Source: a virus. From it: 64,000 nt of DNA. The notes beneath the pieces are model-generated. The model was not told the DNA's origin, ran no database searches, and saw only the letters and a program-made list of their open reading frames with translations. The translations under genes were made by a program, and so were the position numbers. Numbering within the stretch: position 1 is the stretch's first letter; every line of letters starts with the position of its first letter. Below, piece by piece: positions 46,501 to 55,068 of this stretch. The DNA is taken from IMG/VR virus record IMGVR_UViG_3300040801_005898. One strand, given 5' to 3'.

Positions 46501-49500
46501 GTCTTGAATCAATTTGATGCGATCGCTTAAATTCTTAGCAGTTTCTCGATACGTTTCTTGGTAATATTTTGCACTTTTTAGCTTGCCAAGTTCGTGAGCA
46601 GAATTTTTAATAGCAGACTCTTTTTCAAAATTTTTAGTAAGCAAGTCTATCTGGGAATCAAATAACTTTTGCCTAGCGGTTTTCTCTTCTAATTCTATTT
46701 TAGCAAGCTGCACTTGCATTTTCTCCCGCTCTTCCACAGTCAAAGGTTCTTCTTTTGCCAATTCGGATTTAATTAATTGCAAGCGATCGCTCAAATATTG
46801 GCTAGTGGTTTCGTATTCTTTTTGATTGGCTTTTGCGCTGTTAATTTGATTGGTTTGGCGAGCAACATCTTGCAATTTAATTTCGTTTTGTTGCGCTTCA
46901 GATAGCAGTTGCATTCGAGAGTCAAAGAACGATTTTCTTGCTTGCTTATCTTCTTGCTGTAACTGACCTAACTGACTTCTTAATTGATTCCGCCGCTTCT
47001 CGCTAATTTTAGGATTTTCTAGCTCGGCAAATATTTCTCCAATTTGGTTGTTTCTTGTTCCTTTTATTAAATCAAACTCTTGAGATAGAAAGTCAGCTTG
47101 GCTTGTTATACCTCCAGTTGCCAATTGCCCTGCTAAAACATTTTTTTCTACTTCTCCATATTCTTTAATTAAACTTAATCGAGCTTCAAAATATTTGCGG
47201 TCAGATTCTATCGATTCTAAGTCAATCTTTTCCAGTTCTGACATTAAGTCTTTCCTGGCTTCAATACTCAACTCTCTACCACCAGTAAGTTGTTTTCTGA
47301 TAAGGTTATATCTGTCTTGCGCGTATTTATCTGTTAATTTTAGTTCATCTTCTAAATAAGTCGATTCTAATATTTCTCCTTCTGCTCTATCCTTATCTAA
47401 AAGTACTTTACTGCGGTCTAAAGATGCTTTAAGGTCTTTTTCTAGTGCTTGATAAAACTGCTGTTGTGCTTGGCGTTCTTTCTCATATAGCGCCATCTTT
47501 TCGGCAATTAGTTTTTCTCGCCCTTCAATATCTTGTGTGTTTAAAGAGTTGATTTGTTTTGTTAATAATTGGCGCTGTTTTGCATAAGACTCGCTGAGAA
47601 TATTCTTTTTGGTTGTCTCGTGATTAACCAACCCGGTCATTCCTGCCTCAAATCGGTTCTTTTCTACTGCTAAAGTTTCTTGTGCATCTTCCTCAATGTC
47701 TGCCCTGCTGAGTTCGTACCACTTGCGAGTTTCTTCTGCTACGGTGGCGGTAATTTGATTTTCTAAATTGGCGACTTCGTTTTGAAATTTGGCAACGCTT
47801 TTAAGGTCATCCATCCGCCACGCCTCGTCAAGTTTTCTCTGGGTAGCCCGCTTTTTGTTTAGCATATCTTCCCGTTGAAGTTCTACCGTGCGGGCGTGCA
47901 ACGTTACTTTGTTAATTTCTCCCGTTGCTGCCTCCGCCTCCAGTTCTTTTTGGCGGCGGGAGATGCGATCGCTTACCTCTGCTGCCTGTTTATCGATTAA
48001 CCCTAAAATTGCTTTATAGGCAGCTTCGATTTGCCCGGTAGTGGCTTCAACTTGAGTTTCGGTTACTTTGGTTATTTTTTCTATAGCTTCTTCTGCCGAT
48101 ATTTGCCCTAGTTCGTACAGTTGACTGTTAAGTTTAGTTACATTCTCAAGATTTTTCTTAAATAATTCTGCATCACCTGTTGGATTTTGGATTGCGCTCC
48201 AAGCTAAATCTGCATTATCTCCGATCTGCTTTAACATATTTCCTGCTAGAGGAAGGTCTCTTGGCTGAATGCTTGTATATTTCTCTTGCAAAGTTTCATT
48301 GGCTTTTATTTCTTTATCAATAGCTTCTATTTGTCCTTTGAATGCTTGAGAAAAAGAGTTAGAGTCGCCTATTTCTGACATTACATTTTGAACAAAACTT
48401 TTTTCTTTTCTGAGTTTTAAATATTCCGATAAGTCTTCTTTAGTTACCCTTGCATTTTTTATTATTTCATTTTTTCTATATTTTATGCTTTTGTCTGTTA
48501 ATGCTGTTGAATTTGCTATTTCTACGTTTTCCTCAACATACTTTTGGATTCTTTCCAATGATTTGCTGGTAAGTTTTGAATCTTCTCTTACTGCCGTATC
48601 AGACAAATTAGCTTGCTGCATTTTTGTTTCCAATATTTCTTTTTCAATTTTTAATGTTTTTAATCTTTCCTCTAGTATCTTTTTGTTATAAGTTATTTCT
48701 TCATATTGTTTTTGAGACAGCGCAATGCCATGTTTTCTTTCCTCGTTAGTTTCTTCCAATATTTTTTTCATTTTGCCCATAGCTATTGCTGATTCTTGGT
48801 CTGTTTCTGCAAGTTTTTTCCTGCTATCTTCTAAGTCCTGCAAAAGTCTAGGTCGTGTTACAAAAGTTTTCCATGCAAAACCTACTGCTTGTATCGCCGC
48901 AGCTAAGACTAATAATGGGGCAACCATTCCTATAATACCCGCGATCGCGCCTGCTAAACCTTTCGCCATTACAATTGACATTTTTAAAAATGTTGGAAGT
49001 TTGGCAAAAGCTGAATTTGCTTTTATTCCTAAAGTTGCAAATTTATTACCAAGTCCTTGCACTTTTAACCCCAAAAAGTTTATTGTTTTGCCTATCACTC
49101 TCATTCTAACGTTGGTCCTGCTTATTCTATCTCCCAAACCAGCTATTTTATTCCCTAATCCTTGAACTTTTCCAGCAGTTCTCCCGCTAAAAATTTGAAG
49201 TTTTGCTTCTGGATTAGCTGACAAATAGCTATAATAGTCTTTACGATTTTTTTCCATTGCCTGTCTAGCAACAGTTTTGTCATTTTCTGTAGAGTTAGGG
49301 TCTTTTTTGACTTTGTTAAACGTTTTTACGGAGTTTGTAAACAAATAATCTAATCTAAGAGCGTGCATTCTTTTGCCTACTGTTTCTAAGCTATAAGCAG
49401 TTTTGTTGGCATGAAGAGAAATATGTTGGAAAAAACTTCCAACGACAGGAAGTTTGGCAATTGCTTGAGTAAAATTAGCTAACCCACTGAAAGTATTAAT

Positions 49501-52500
49501 CAGCACTGGCAACAATTTTTCTAATGTCAATGTAAGATTAAAGAAAGTATGTTGCACGAACCGGACAATTGCTGCATCCCTAGCAAAACTAGTGGCTAGC
49601 AACCCTAATGTCACTATAACTGCAGTCACCGCACCACTGAATCCAGTTGTCAGAAAATCTTTTAGCGCTACTAAAGACTCTCCAAATGCTTTTAAGTTAG
49701 ACCCTAAAAACTCCATTAATTCTGTTTGAGAGGTTAAAGCATTAAAAGCTTTGAATAACCCATAAATAGTTCCTGTCAGCAAAACAGTTTTTAGTGCCCA
49801 AGCTCTAAACATTGCTGAAATATTTCTAACTACTATATTCAGTAAAGAAGTATTTTGCGTCGCCGCAATATTTGCAGTTACATAATTTTGAAGCGCAAAA
49901 CTAATACTATTAATGGCTGCTTGTCCAGATGCTAGAGTTCTTGGATTAAGACCTAATGAGGCCAGTCGGTTATTAGCCATAGCTCCTAACCCCTGAATAC
50001 CGATGGGTAATGCCCCGATCGCTTTGGTTATTAGGTTTAATGCGCCAGCGCCCCGGATAATTCCTCCTAACCCCGCACCTTGGATAGCTAGTCCTGAGAT
50101 GGCTGGCAAAACTGCTGTTAATGCCGGTGCTAATGGTCCAAGAACTCCTAAAAATCGAGTTAAGGCAGTTGTCATCCCTGGAATAAATGCCATGTTTTTC
50201 CCTAATGTTAAGAATGCTGCCGCACCGCCACCTAAGTTTTTAGACAGAAATCCAAATTGATTAATTAATGGCAAGGTTCGCACTGCTAGCAAGCTCATCA
50301 ACCCACCCACTCCTGGCAAAACTCTAGTCAACATCCCAAACATTCCAGAAAATATCGATATTCCTGATGTTAGCACTTTAAACTGAATTGCTGCCTTGAT
50401 CAATGGAGAGCCAAGTCCAGTAACAAAACCTACTAATGTTTTAAAAGCGTCAATAAATGGCTGTAATATTCTTAATGTATTTTTAACTGAATTTCTGACT
50501 ATTTCTATAATATTTGCGATCGATTCCAATACAAATAAACCTGTTTCTCCACCGCCTTTGCCTACTATCACTGAAACCAGTTCTTTGATAGTGTCGATTA
50601 CTCCTTTAAACGCTCGGTTAGTAACAGCAGCAACTTTATGGGCAAACTCCATTATTTTCTGCTGAGAACCAACCAAATAAGTGTAAAGTTTATCTAGCTC
50701 TGCTCTGAAAGTCTCAAATAAAGGTCGTCCGCTAATTCTCTGAACCTCTTGGAAAAAATCAAGAATATTTGAAGTTAAGCCAGAAACGTTTTTAGATGCA
50801 ATTTCCTGTCCTTGAACCAAAGATGACAATCTTTCTTGAAGGTTCTCTATTAGTTTTCCTTCCAATTTCCATTTTTTGATTGTGGGGTTTCTTACATCTA
50901 AAGTCTTAGCAAGTAAAGAATCGTTGGTGATGTCACCCATTAGTATCGACCTGATTTCTTGGGTTGCTTGGTTAGCAGGCAAGTTGATAGTCGAAAGACC
51001 TGAAGCAAAAGAAACGGTTAAATCTATGGCATCTTGTAAAGACGCTCCTATTCCTCCCATCATGCCAGTTACGATAGAGAAAGGTTCTATCAAGTCGGAA
51101 CTTGTAAAGGTCGCTAGGTCAAGCGATCGCTTTCTTAACGATTCTATAGAACGCTCAATTAATGGTTTTGTCTGAGCAAAAGAATCCAACCCATTAATTT
51201 GTCTGCCTGAAGTCTTGTCAACTAGCTTGTTTGTTGCGATAATTCCAGATTGAATACGAAGTATCTGTTGCTCCAACTCAGTATTTTGTCTGATAACTGT
51301 AGCGATCGGGTTTTGTTGGGCAAACATTGTGATAATTGAGAATCCTTGCTGTATCATAAACAGCGCGTTCCCTAAGTTCATAAAGCTATTAACGACTCTA
51401 CCAACTACCGTCATTTTCTGCCAAAATGCTCCTGCGGCATCGGTGGCCATGACAAGATTGTTTGCTACGTTACTAACAAAACCCGTGACTTGAGCAAATC
51501 TTTGTGGAACTTGCTGTATTCTTTGGGCAGTACCTAATATCTGATTGTCAAAAGCATCAAAAAATGGGTAAATTGACTCCATAAATCCGCTTAAAATACC
51601 TTTCCCTACCGATGCTCCTATGGTTCGTCCGCTTTGCTTAAATATATCTGCGATCGCGCCATTAGTTTGTACATTCCACGTTTCTACTTGCTCGACAATT
51701 TTTAGCCCTTTGGCAAATTGCGGGAATTGTGATAATTGAGAAAAGGCATTTTTAGCAACATTTAAAGTTTTAGTAAATCCACTTTGATAATTTTTTGTGG
51801 TGGTGTCGATTTCTTTATTAATAATACTTCTTACCATACTCATTTCTTTTTGAGTAAGGGTTGCATCATTTCTTAACCTTTTCACTAATGCCGTTAATGG
51901 GCTAGCCTTCTCTGCACCACTGGCATATTGAAAATTAAATTGCTGTAGTGCGCTTAGTCTTTTATTCAATTTAGCGATCGTATCATTAACACCTCTTTGT
52001 TCGCTACGGCTACCAATATTTCTTTGAGATTCTAAAAGCCTGATTTGTTCGCTAACTGCCTGATAATACTGTCTGCTATGTTTTCCTAGATTACTGTCAA
52101 TTAATGCCTCCATAAGTTCGGGTTCAGCACTTTTGCCCAACCGCTTAAAAATCATTTTTTGTTTGTCCCTAGAAAAACTTTTTCTACCTAGCGACAGTAA
52201 ATATTCTTGTTGGGTACTATCATCTAGGGTAGGTCGCAATAGTTGTGCTTCCATAAATCGTTTTTTATCAGCACGAAGAAAATTATCGCCTGTTAGTTCT
52301 TGCCGCCATCTTTTGAGCCTTTCTGATTCCCTTGCGGCTCTATCAATTCCTTTTTGCAATTGTTTTATCTCTGATTCAATACCAGAACGTTGTCTAGTGA
52401 TTTCTTCATCAGGCATATCAAAAAGGTTTGCTCTATCTCTTTTTATTTGCTGAAGTTCATTGTCTGTTTGCCTAAATTTAGCTTGAGCATCTATTCTTTT

Positions 52501-54921
52501 TGACATTCCGTAAAAACCTCGGAAATGGTTTTTAATAGCAAAGTCAATTGCCTTAGACGCCATTCTATTGATATCTTTAATTACTTTTTGATTGTTTTTT
52601 ATCTCTGAAGGAGCAACTTTTTGAATATCGGTAACAATGCCAGATATAGCATCTTCAGATATTTTGTTAATTTTGTTTTTTAAATTTTTAATTTTATTTT
52701 TTATTTTTAAGTCTCTAGTTGGCGAAGCGGCAAATTCTCTTTGGGCTTCTTGCAGTTGATTAACCAAGTCTTTTCTTTGTTCAAAAAGTTGATAACTCTT
52801 ATCTGTAGCAGAAATTTTAAATAAGCTTGGCAGTTCATTATCAACAAAATTTTTCGCTTTACTAGATGCTTGCCTTCTGGCTTCTGGCAAGTCAATAAAT
52901 TGATTTGCATTGGCGTTTTCGTAAGCAGCACGGATGGCATTATCTCTTAATCTTCCAGATTTTCGCAACCCAGACCCGCCGACTCCTTCTCTAAATGCTG
53001 TTTTTACTCTAGTGTCTGTTACGTCTATAAAATTAATATATGCTTCTAATCTGCCTTTTTCTCGTATTAGTTGTCTGCGTCTGTTATTTAAGTAAGTCAT
53101 GTCTAGCTTTTTAAGTTGCTGCTGCAACTTTTCTATTTTTTGGTTGCCCGCGCCATAAATAGAAGATTGCTCTCTAATATAATTTTGAACTTTAGAAAAA
53201 ATGCTTCTAGCGTCTTCTCCTAAAGCATTAGCAACTCTTTCAATCGGTTCCGGCAGTTTGTCAAAAACTTTGCTTTTTAAGCTAACCATCCATTCTGGGG
53301 TCTGTTGCGCCAGAAATTCTCCTACTGCGTTTATGCTTGTGCCAGCTAAATTAGTAAGCATACTTTCTGCTATATTTTTGCCCACAGTATTATTTAAAAT
53401 TAGCCCTAGATTCTCTATAGGACTAGATGACAAACTTTCCAAACCCATATCTGCAATAGAACCAAAAATTTTACCTGAAACCCCGGAACCCCTTAATTTA
53501 TCAATGTTTTGGAATAAAGAAGCAAGACCGGGTACTTGGTTTAACTTGCTATTGCCAAGAAGATTGTTGATACCTTCTGATGCTTGTTTAAAACCTGGTA
53601 AACCTGACAACATATTTGTTATTGGTTCAACACCTAGTATATCGTATAAAAACCTTGAAGCCGATCCTCTACCTTCTATCATCCTCCCTATTGTTTCTGT
53701 TATCGGTGATGCTGCTAAAAAAGGACTAGAAAACTTGGAAATATTCTTTAAAAAGTCTGTAGTACCTAATTGGTTTACAATTCTTTGAGAAAAATCTTCT
53801 AAAAAAGGTTGGATTTTTCTTTCTACAGTTGTAGTTTGCTCATACCCAGATGCACCGAATAATTCAGCATCAAGATACTGCAAGCCAGACCTTTGTATGC
53901 TGGGGGAGGCATTTTTAATAGTTTTTGAAATTATTTTCTCTATACCCGGTCCAATTTGCTGATCTAATGCTTCAAAGTAAAAACCTAATGCATTGGTAGC
54001 CATTTTTTTGACAACTCTGGAAGCTAAATATTCGGTGGCATATTCTTTTCCAATATTCAAAATATCATTAGATAACCCACTTGTCGATCTCAAGTTTATT
54101 TGCTTCAAACCTTGCTGCAATAAACTAGGCAACCCAGACATTTGTGGAATAGCTTGCATTGAGCTTATTGGCGCTAATCTATCGATAAATGTTAATAATG
54201 AAGGGTTTATCTTACCAAATAGCTTTGCGGTAGTTAGCAGCGTAGGAGCGATGTCTTTTGATAGACCTGGTAAACCACGGGTTTTGACTTGTTTACCAAA
54301 AAGTTCTGCATCTATGCCTGTTATGCTCGATCGCAGTCCTCTGGCGAGCGGCTTTTTTAACTTATTAACAATTTCTTTTTCTATGTCAGTGCGGTCACTA
54401 AATCCTAATAGTCCCTTGCCCCCCGCATAGCCTATGTCTGCCATTCCTCTTAGCACGTCTGAAAGTTTGACATTAGTTTGTAATGTTTGTGCAGCTTGTT
54501 TATGAATTTGAGAATAAAAGGTACTAATTGATTTAAAAGGAAGTAAAGATGGTGCTGTAATTTTTTGATTAAAAGTAGTAACCGCTTGATTTGTTGCTCG
54601 GAATAAACTTCTAGTCAATGTATCCATAGTAAACTGAACAACGCCGCTAATTGACCGCGTTATTTTTTGAGCGCTATTTACTGCAATATTATTAAGATTA
54701 GAGAATAGATTTGTAGCGCTTTGGGTTAAAGCGTCAATCGATTGTATTCCACTGCCAATCAAACCAGAAAATATTTTACCAATAGAAGAAGATGTTTTAT
54801 TAGCAGCAGCAACTACACCGGACAGATGAGCATGAATATCCCTGAACACATTAGTAGTGTTGTTGATACCATTAAAAACTATATCAATTGGTTGACTGTT
54901 AATGTTGTTAGTGAATACCAT
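43507..54921 (-). CDS. giant tape-measure-like protein (3804 aa)
   Basis: Helical Ala/Gly-rich central region with hydrophobic segments, long coiled-coil C-terminal half, upstream of tail fibre genes. Confidence 0.8.
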   Translation of the reverse strand: MVFTNNINSQPIDIVFNGINNTTNVFRDIHAHLSGVVAAANKTSSSIGKIFSGLIGSGIQSIDALTQSATNLFSNLNNIAVNSAQKITRSISGVVQFTMDTLTRSLFRATNQAVTTFNQKITAPSLLPFKSISTFYSQIHKQAAQTLQTNVKLSDVLRGMADIGYAGGKGLLGFSDRTDIEKEIVNKLKKPLARGLRSSITGIDAELFGKQVKTRGLPGLSKDIAPTLLTTAKLFGKINPSLLTFIDRLAPISSMQAIPQMSGLPSLLQQGLKQINLRSTSGLSNDILNIGKEYATEYLASRVVKKMATNALGFYFEALDQQIGPGIEKIISKTIKNASPSIQRSGLQYLDAELFGASGYEQTTTVERKIQPFLEDFSQRIVNQLGTTDFLKNISKFSSPFLAASPITETIGRMIEGRGSASRFLYDILGVEPITNMLSGLPGFKQASEGINNLLGNSKLNQVPGLASLFQNIDKLRGSGVSGKIFGSIADMGLESLSSSPIENLGLILNNTVGKNIAESMLTNLAGTSINAVGEFLAQQTPEWMVSLKSKVFDKLPEPIERVANALGEDARSIFSKVQNYIREQSSIYGAGNQKIEKLQQQLKKLDMTYLNNRRRQLIREKGRLEAYINFIDVTDTRVKTAFREGVGGSGLRKSGRLRDNAIRAAYENANANQFIDLPEARRQASSKAKNFVDNELPSLFKISATDKSYQLFEQRKDLVNQLQEAQREFAASPTRDLKIKNKIKNLKNKINKISEDAISGIVTDIQKVAPSEIKNNQKVIKDINRMASKAIDFAIKNHFRGFYGMSKRIDAQAKFRQTDNELQQIKRDRANLFDMPDEEITRQRSGIESEIKQLQKGIDRAARESERLKRWRQELTGDNFLRADKKRFMEAQLLRPTLDDSTQQEYLLSLGRKSFSRDKQKMIFKRLGKSAEPELMEALIDSNLGKHSRQYYQAVSEQIRLLESQRNIGSRSEQRGVNDTIAKLNKRLSALQQFNFQYASGAEKASPLTALVKRLRNDATLTQKEMSMVRSIINKEIDTTTKNYQSGFTKTLNVAKNAFSQLSQFPQFAKGLKIVEQVETWNVQTNGAIADIFKQSGRTIGASVGKGILSGFMESIYPFFDAFDNQILGTAQRIQQVPQRFAQVTGFVSNVANNLVMATDAAGAFWQKMTVVGRVVNSFMNLGNALFMIQQGFSIITMFAQQNPIATVIRQNTELEQQILRIQSGIIATNKLVDKTSGRQINGLDSFAQTKPLIERSIESLRKRSLDLATFTSSDLIEPFSIVTGMMGGIGASLQDAIDLTVSFASGLSTINLPANQATQEIRSILMGDITNDSLLAKTLDVRNPTIKKWKLEGKLIENLQERLSSLVQGQEIASKNVSGLTSNILDFFQEVQRISGRPLFETFRAELDKLYTYLVGSQQKIMEFAHKVAAVTNRAFKGVIDTIKELVSVIVGKGGGETGLFVLESIANIIEIVRNSVKNTLRILQPFIDAFKTLVGFVTGLGSPLIKAAIQFKVLTSGISIFSGMFGMLTRVLPGVGGLMSLLAVRTLPLINQFGFLSKNLGGGAAAFLTLGKNMAFIPGMTTALTRFLGVLGPLAPALTAVLPAISGLAIQGAGLGGIIRGAGALNLITKAIGALPIGIQGLGAMANNRLASLGLNPRTLASGQAAINSISFALQNYVTANIAATQNTSLLNIVVRNISAMFRAWALKTVLLTGTIYGLFKAFNALTSQTELMEFLGSNLKAFGESLVALKDFLTTGFSGAVTAVIVTLGLLATSFARDAAIVRFVQHTFFNLTLTLEKLLPVLINTFSGLANFTQAIAKLPVVGSFFQHISLHANKTAYSLETVGKRMHALRLDYLFTNSVKTFNKVKKDPNSTENDKTVARQAMEKNRKDYYSYLSANPEAKLQIFSGRTAGKVQGLGNKIAGLGDRISRTNVRMRVIGKTINFLGLKVQGLGNKFATLGIKANSAFAKLPTFLKMSIVMAKGLAGAIAGIIGMVAPLLVLAAAIQAVGFAWKTFVTRPRLLQDLEDSRKKLAETDQESAIAMGKMKKILEETNEERKHGIALSQKQYEEITYNKKILEERLKTLKIEKEILETKMQQANLSDTAVREDSKLTSKSLERIQKYVEENVEIANSTALTDKSIKYRKNEIIKNARVTKEDLSEYLKLRKEKSFVQNVMSEIGDSNSFSQAFKGQIEAIDKEIKANETLQEKYTSIQPRDLPLAGNMLKQIGDNADLAWSAIQNPTGDAELFKKNLENVTKLNSQLYELGQISAEEAIEKITKVTETQVEATTGQIEAAYKAILGLIDKQAAEVSDRISRRQKELEAEAATGEINKVTLHARTVELQREDMLNKKRATQRKLDEAWRMDDLKSVAKFQNEVANLENQITATVAEETRKWYELSRADIEEDAQETLAVEKNRFEAGMTGLVNHETTKKNILSESYAKQRQLLTKQINSLNTQDIEGREKLIAEKMALYEKERQAQQQFYQALEKDLKASLDRSKVLLDKDRAEGEILESTYLEDELKLTDKYAQDRYNLIRKQLTGGRELSIEARKDLMSELEKIDLESIESDRKYFEARLSLIKEYGEVEKNVLAGQLATGGITSQADFLSQEFDLIKGTRNNQIGEIFAELENPKISEKRRNQLRSQLGQLQQEDKQARKSFFDSRMQLLSEAQQNEIKLQDVARQTNQINSAKANQKEYETTSQYLSDRLQLIKSELAKEEPLTVEEREKMQVQLAKIELEEKTARQKLFDSQIDLLTKNFEKESAIKNSAHELGKLKSAKYYQETYRETAKNLSDRIKLIQDRLQKESQLTASEKQDLVAQIAQLEVEQKTARQKLFDEEMKLIESFYQKVSVVQEEAYNYERISSIEYYQDQYNATKSQLNAKLEMLQEKLETETTLTLEEKQKLQIEISKINIEMLNEEQKYFDARIKLIESASNHETALLSSQLAQGLVSQRNYNQQTFNEELQLLNKRRSLIQKRLRDTLNPETRQNLEMALAKTFEEANGAAERYFDNSVKLLDELSNYQTMSLEKSIMSGAIGEEQYESKKLQQTINNLSQRQKLVEEHYGRLAKSAENRQKLESEITKIAQEREKAHVEYIDKTIAIAERKMQTAMDVIKLSELEFQKLTRQLVAFGDGTLDRNQLKRRALAEEYTNTKKQLELQLRLHRDLNQIKFDDPRRQEEHQQKIRNSLKQTTELEIRLLDLQREKFEQMLDTKVAKARNEVTATVQEMEKQLNPSNFNKQVLDQQSTLVSTRQSLNNSLVSLVRNEFEIAEKLEKSDRKRQQIKEAAAKYEIQALEYQQQLKQQALEIEIRQMQISQERAEIENEIARIHATAQIAEAQANLAKTKADPNASNEQIIAAELELRARQMEVDALGRQRGLILGQRYVMGQQIKAKIIEDEISNIIASRKAQLRLAESYDNPTIKRVMMEKIKQGKSFDDLFDFNFKVADMVSSIQSEFDKSANKVTSEIGNEFGALKKVISQEIDILGQKINKTSADSNNESDGLSNKHKGIMVSPIIPTEKNYIETPEDKERARQLEETRKIMERVREEVDEVRDRTTRLPKTIENPSAVEQKPWTSTEEFNKDYWDQIDINKYPQYQQDHLREQKRQMEMWNGVNEWYENGGIEKELRKKMQNEGWTQEEMALWDEVRSMPKINAYEPDPNSANRKKRFKLDNVIDQKRIDKEYEREMKRVEKEAIRDNFSLNMIKLPTSKINVEPINSNAQSQQGDRSLLSSIGGEVRKIATEIKNIGKSGVGDITINNTATAGDTQDLMAQMKNQTLKTLDGVLEKTMKMQYG
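45600..47700 (-). repeat. ~88-aa periodic repeats in the tape-measure protein
   Basis: LSDRLQLIKSEL..TARQKLFD and LSDRIKLIQDRL..TARQKLFD are 264 nt apart; further degenerate copies flank them. Boundaries approximate. Confidence 0.75.
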
Positions 54922-55068
54922 TTTTGTTAAATATTGTAATTCTTATTAGTTTGATGGCAGTGACAAAGAATGCAAATACAATCTGGCCCACTTTCCCGTT
55001 TTTTGCGCATTGTTTCGCTTATCTTTTACATTTCCCACATTTCCCACATTTTAGCAGCTACAATCAAA

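Noticed and set aside
43736-54430. Numerous plus-strand ORFs within the tape measure gene
   Set aside because: Antisense shadows with Ser/Leu/Phe-biased composition; the same applies to shadow ORFs over nrdJ, rep and the tail fibre.
55030-55050. TTCCCACAT tandem repeat in the TMP divergent region
   Set aside because: Only two 9-bp copies; insufficient evidence of function.
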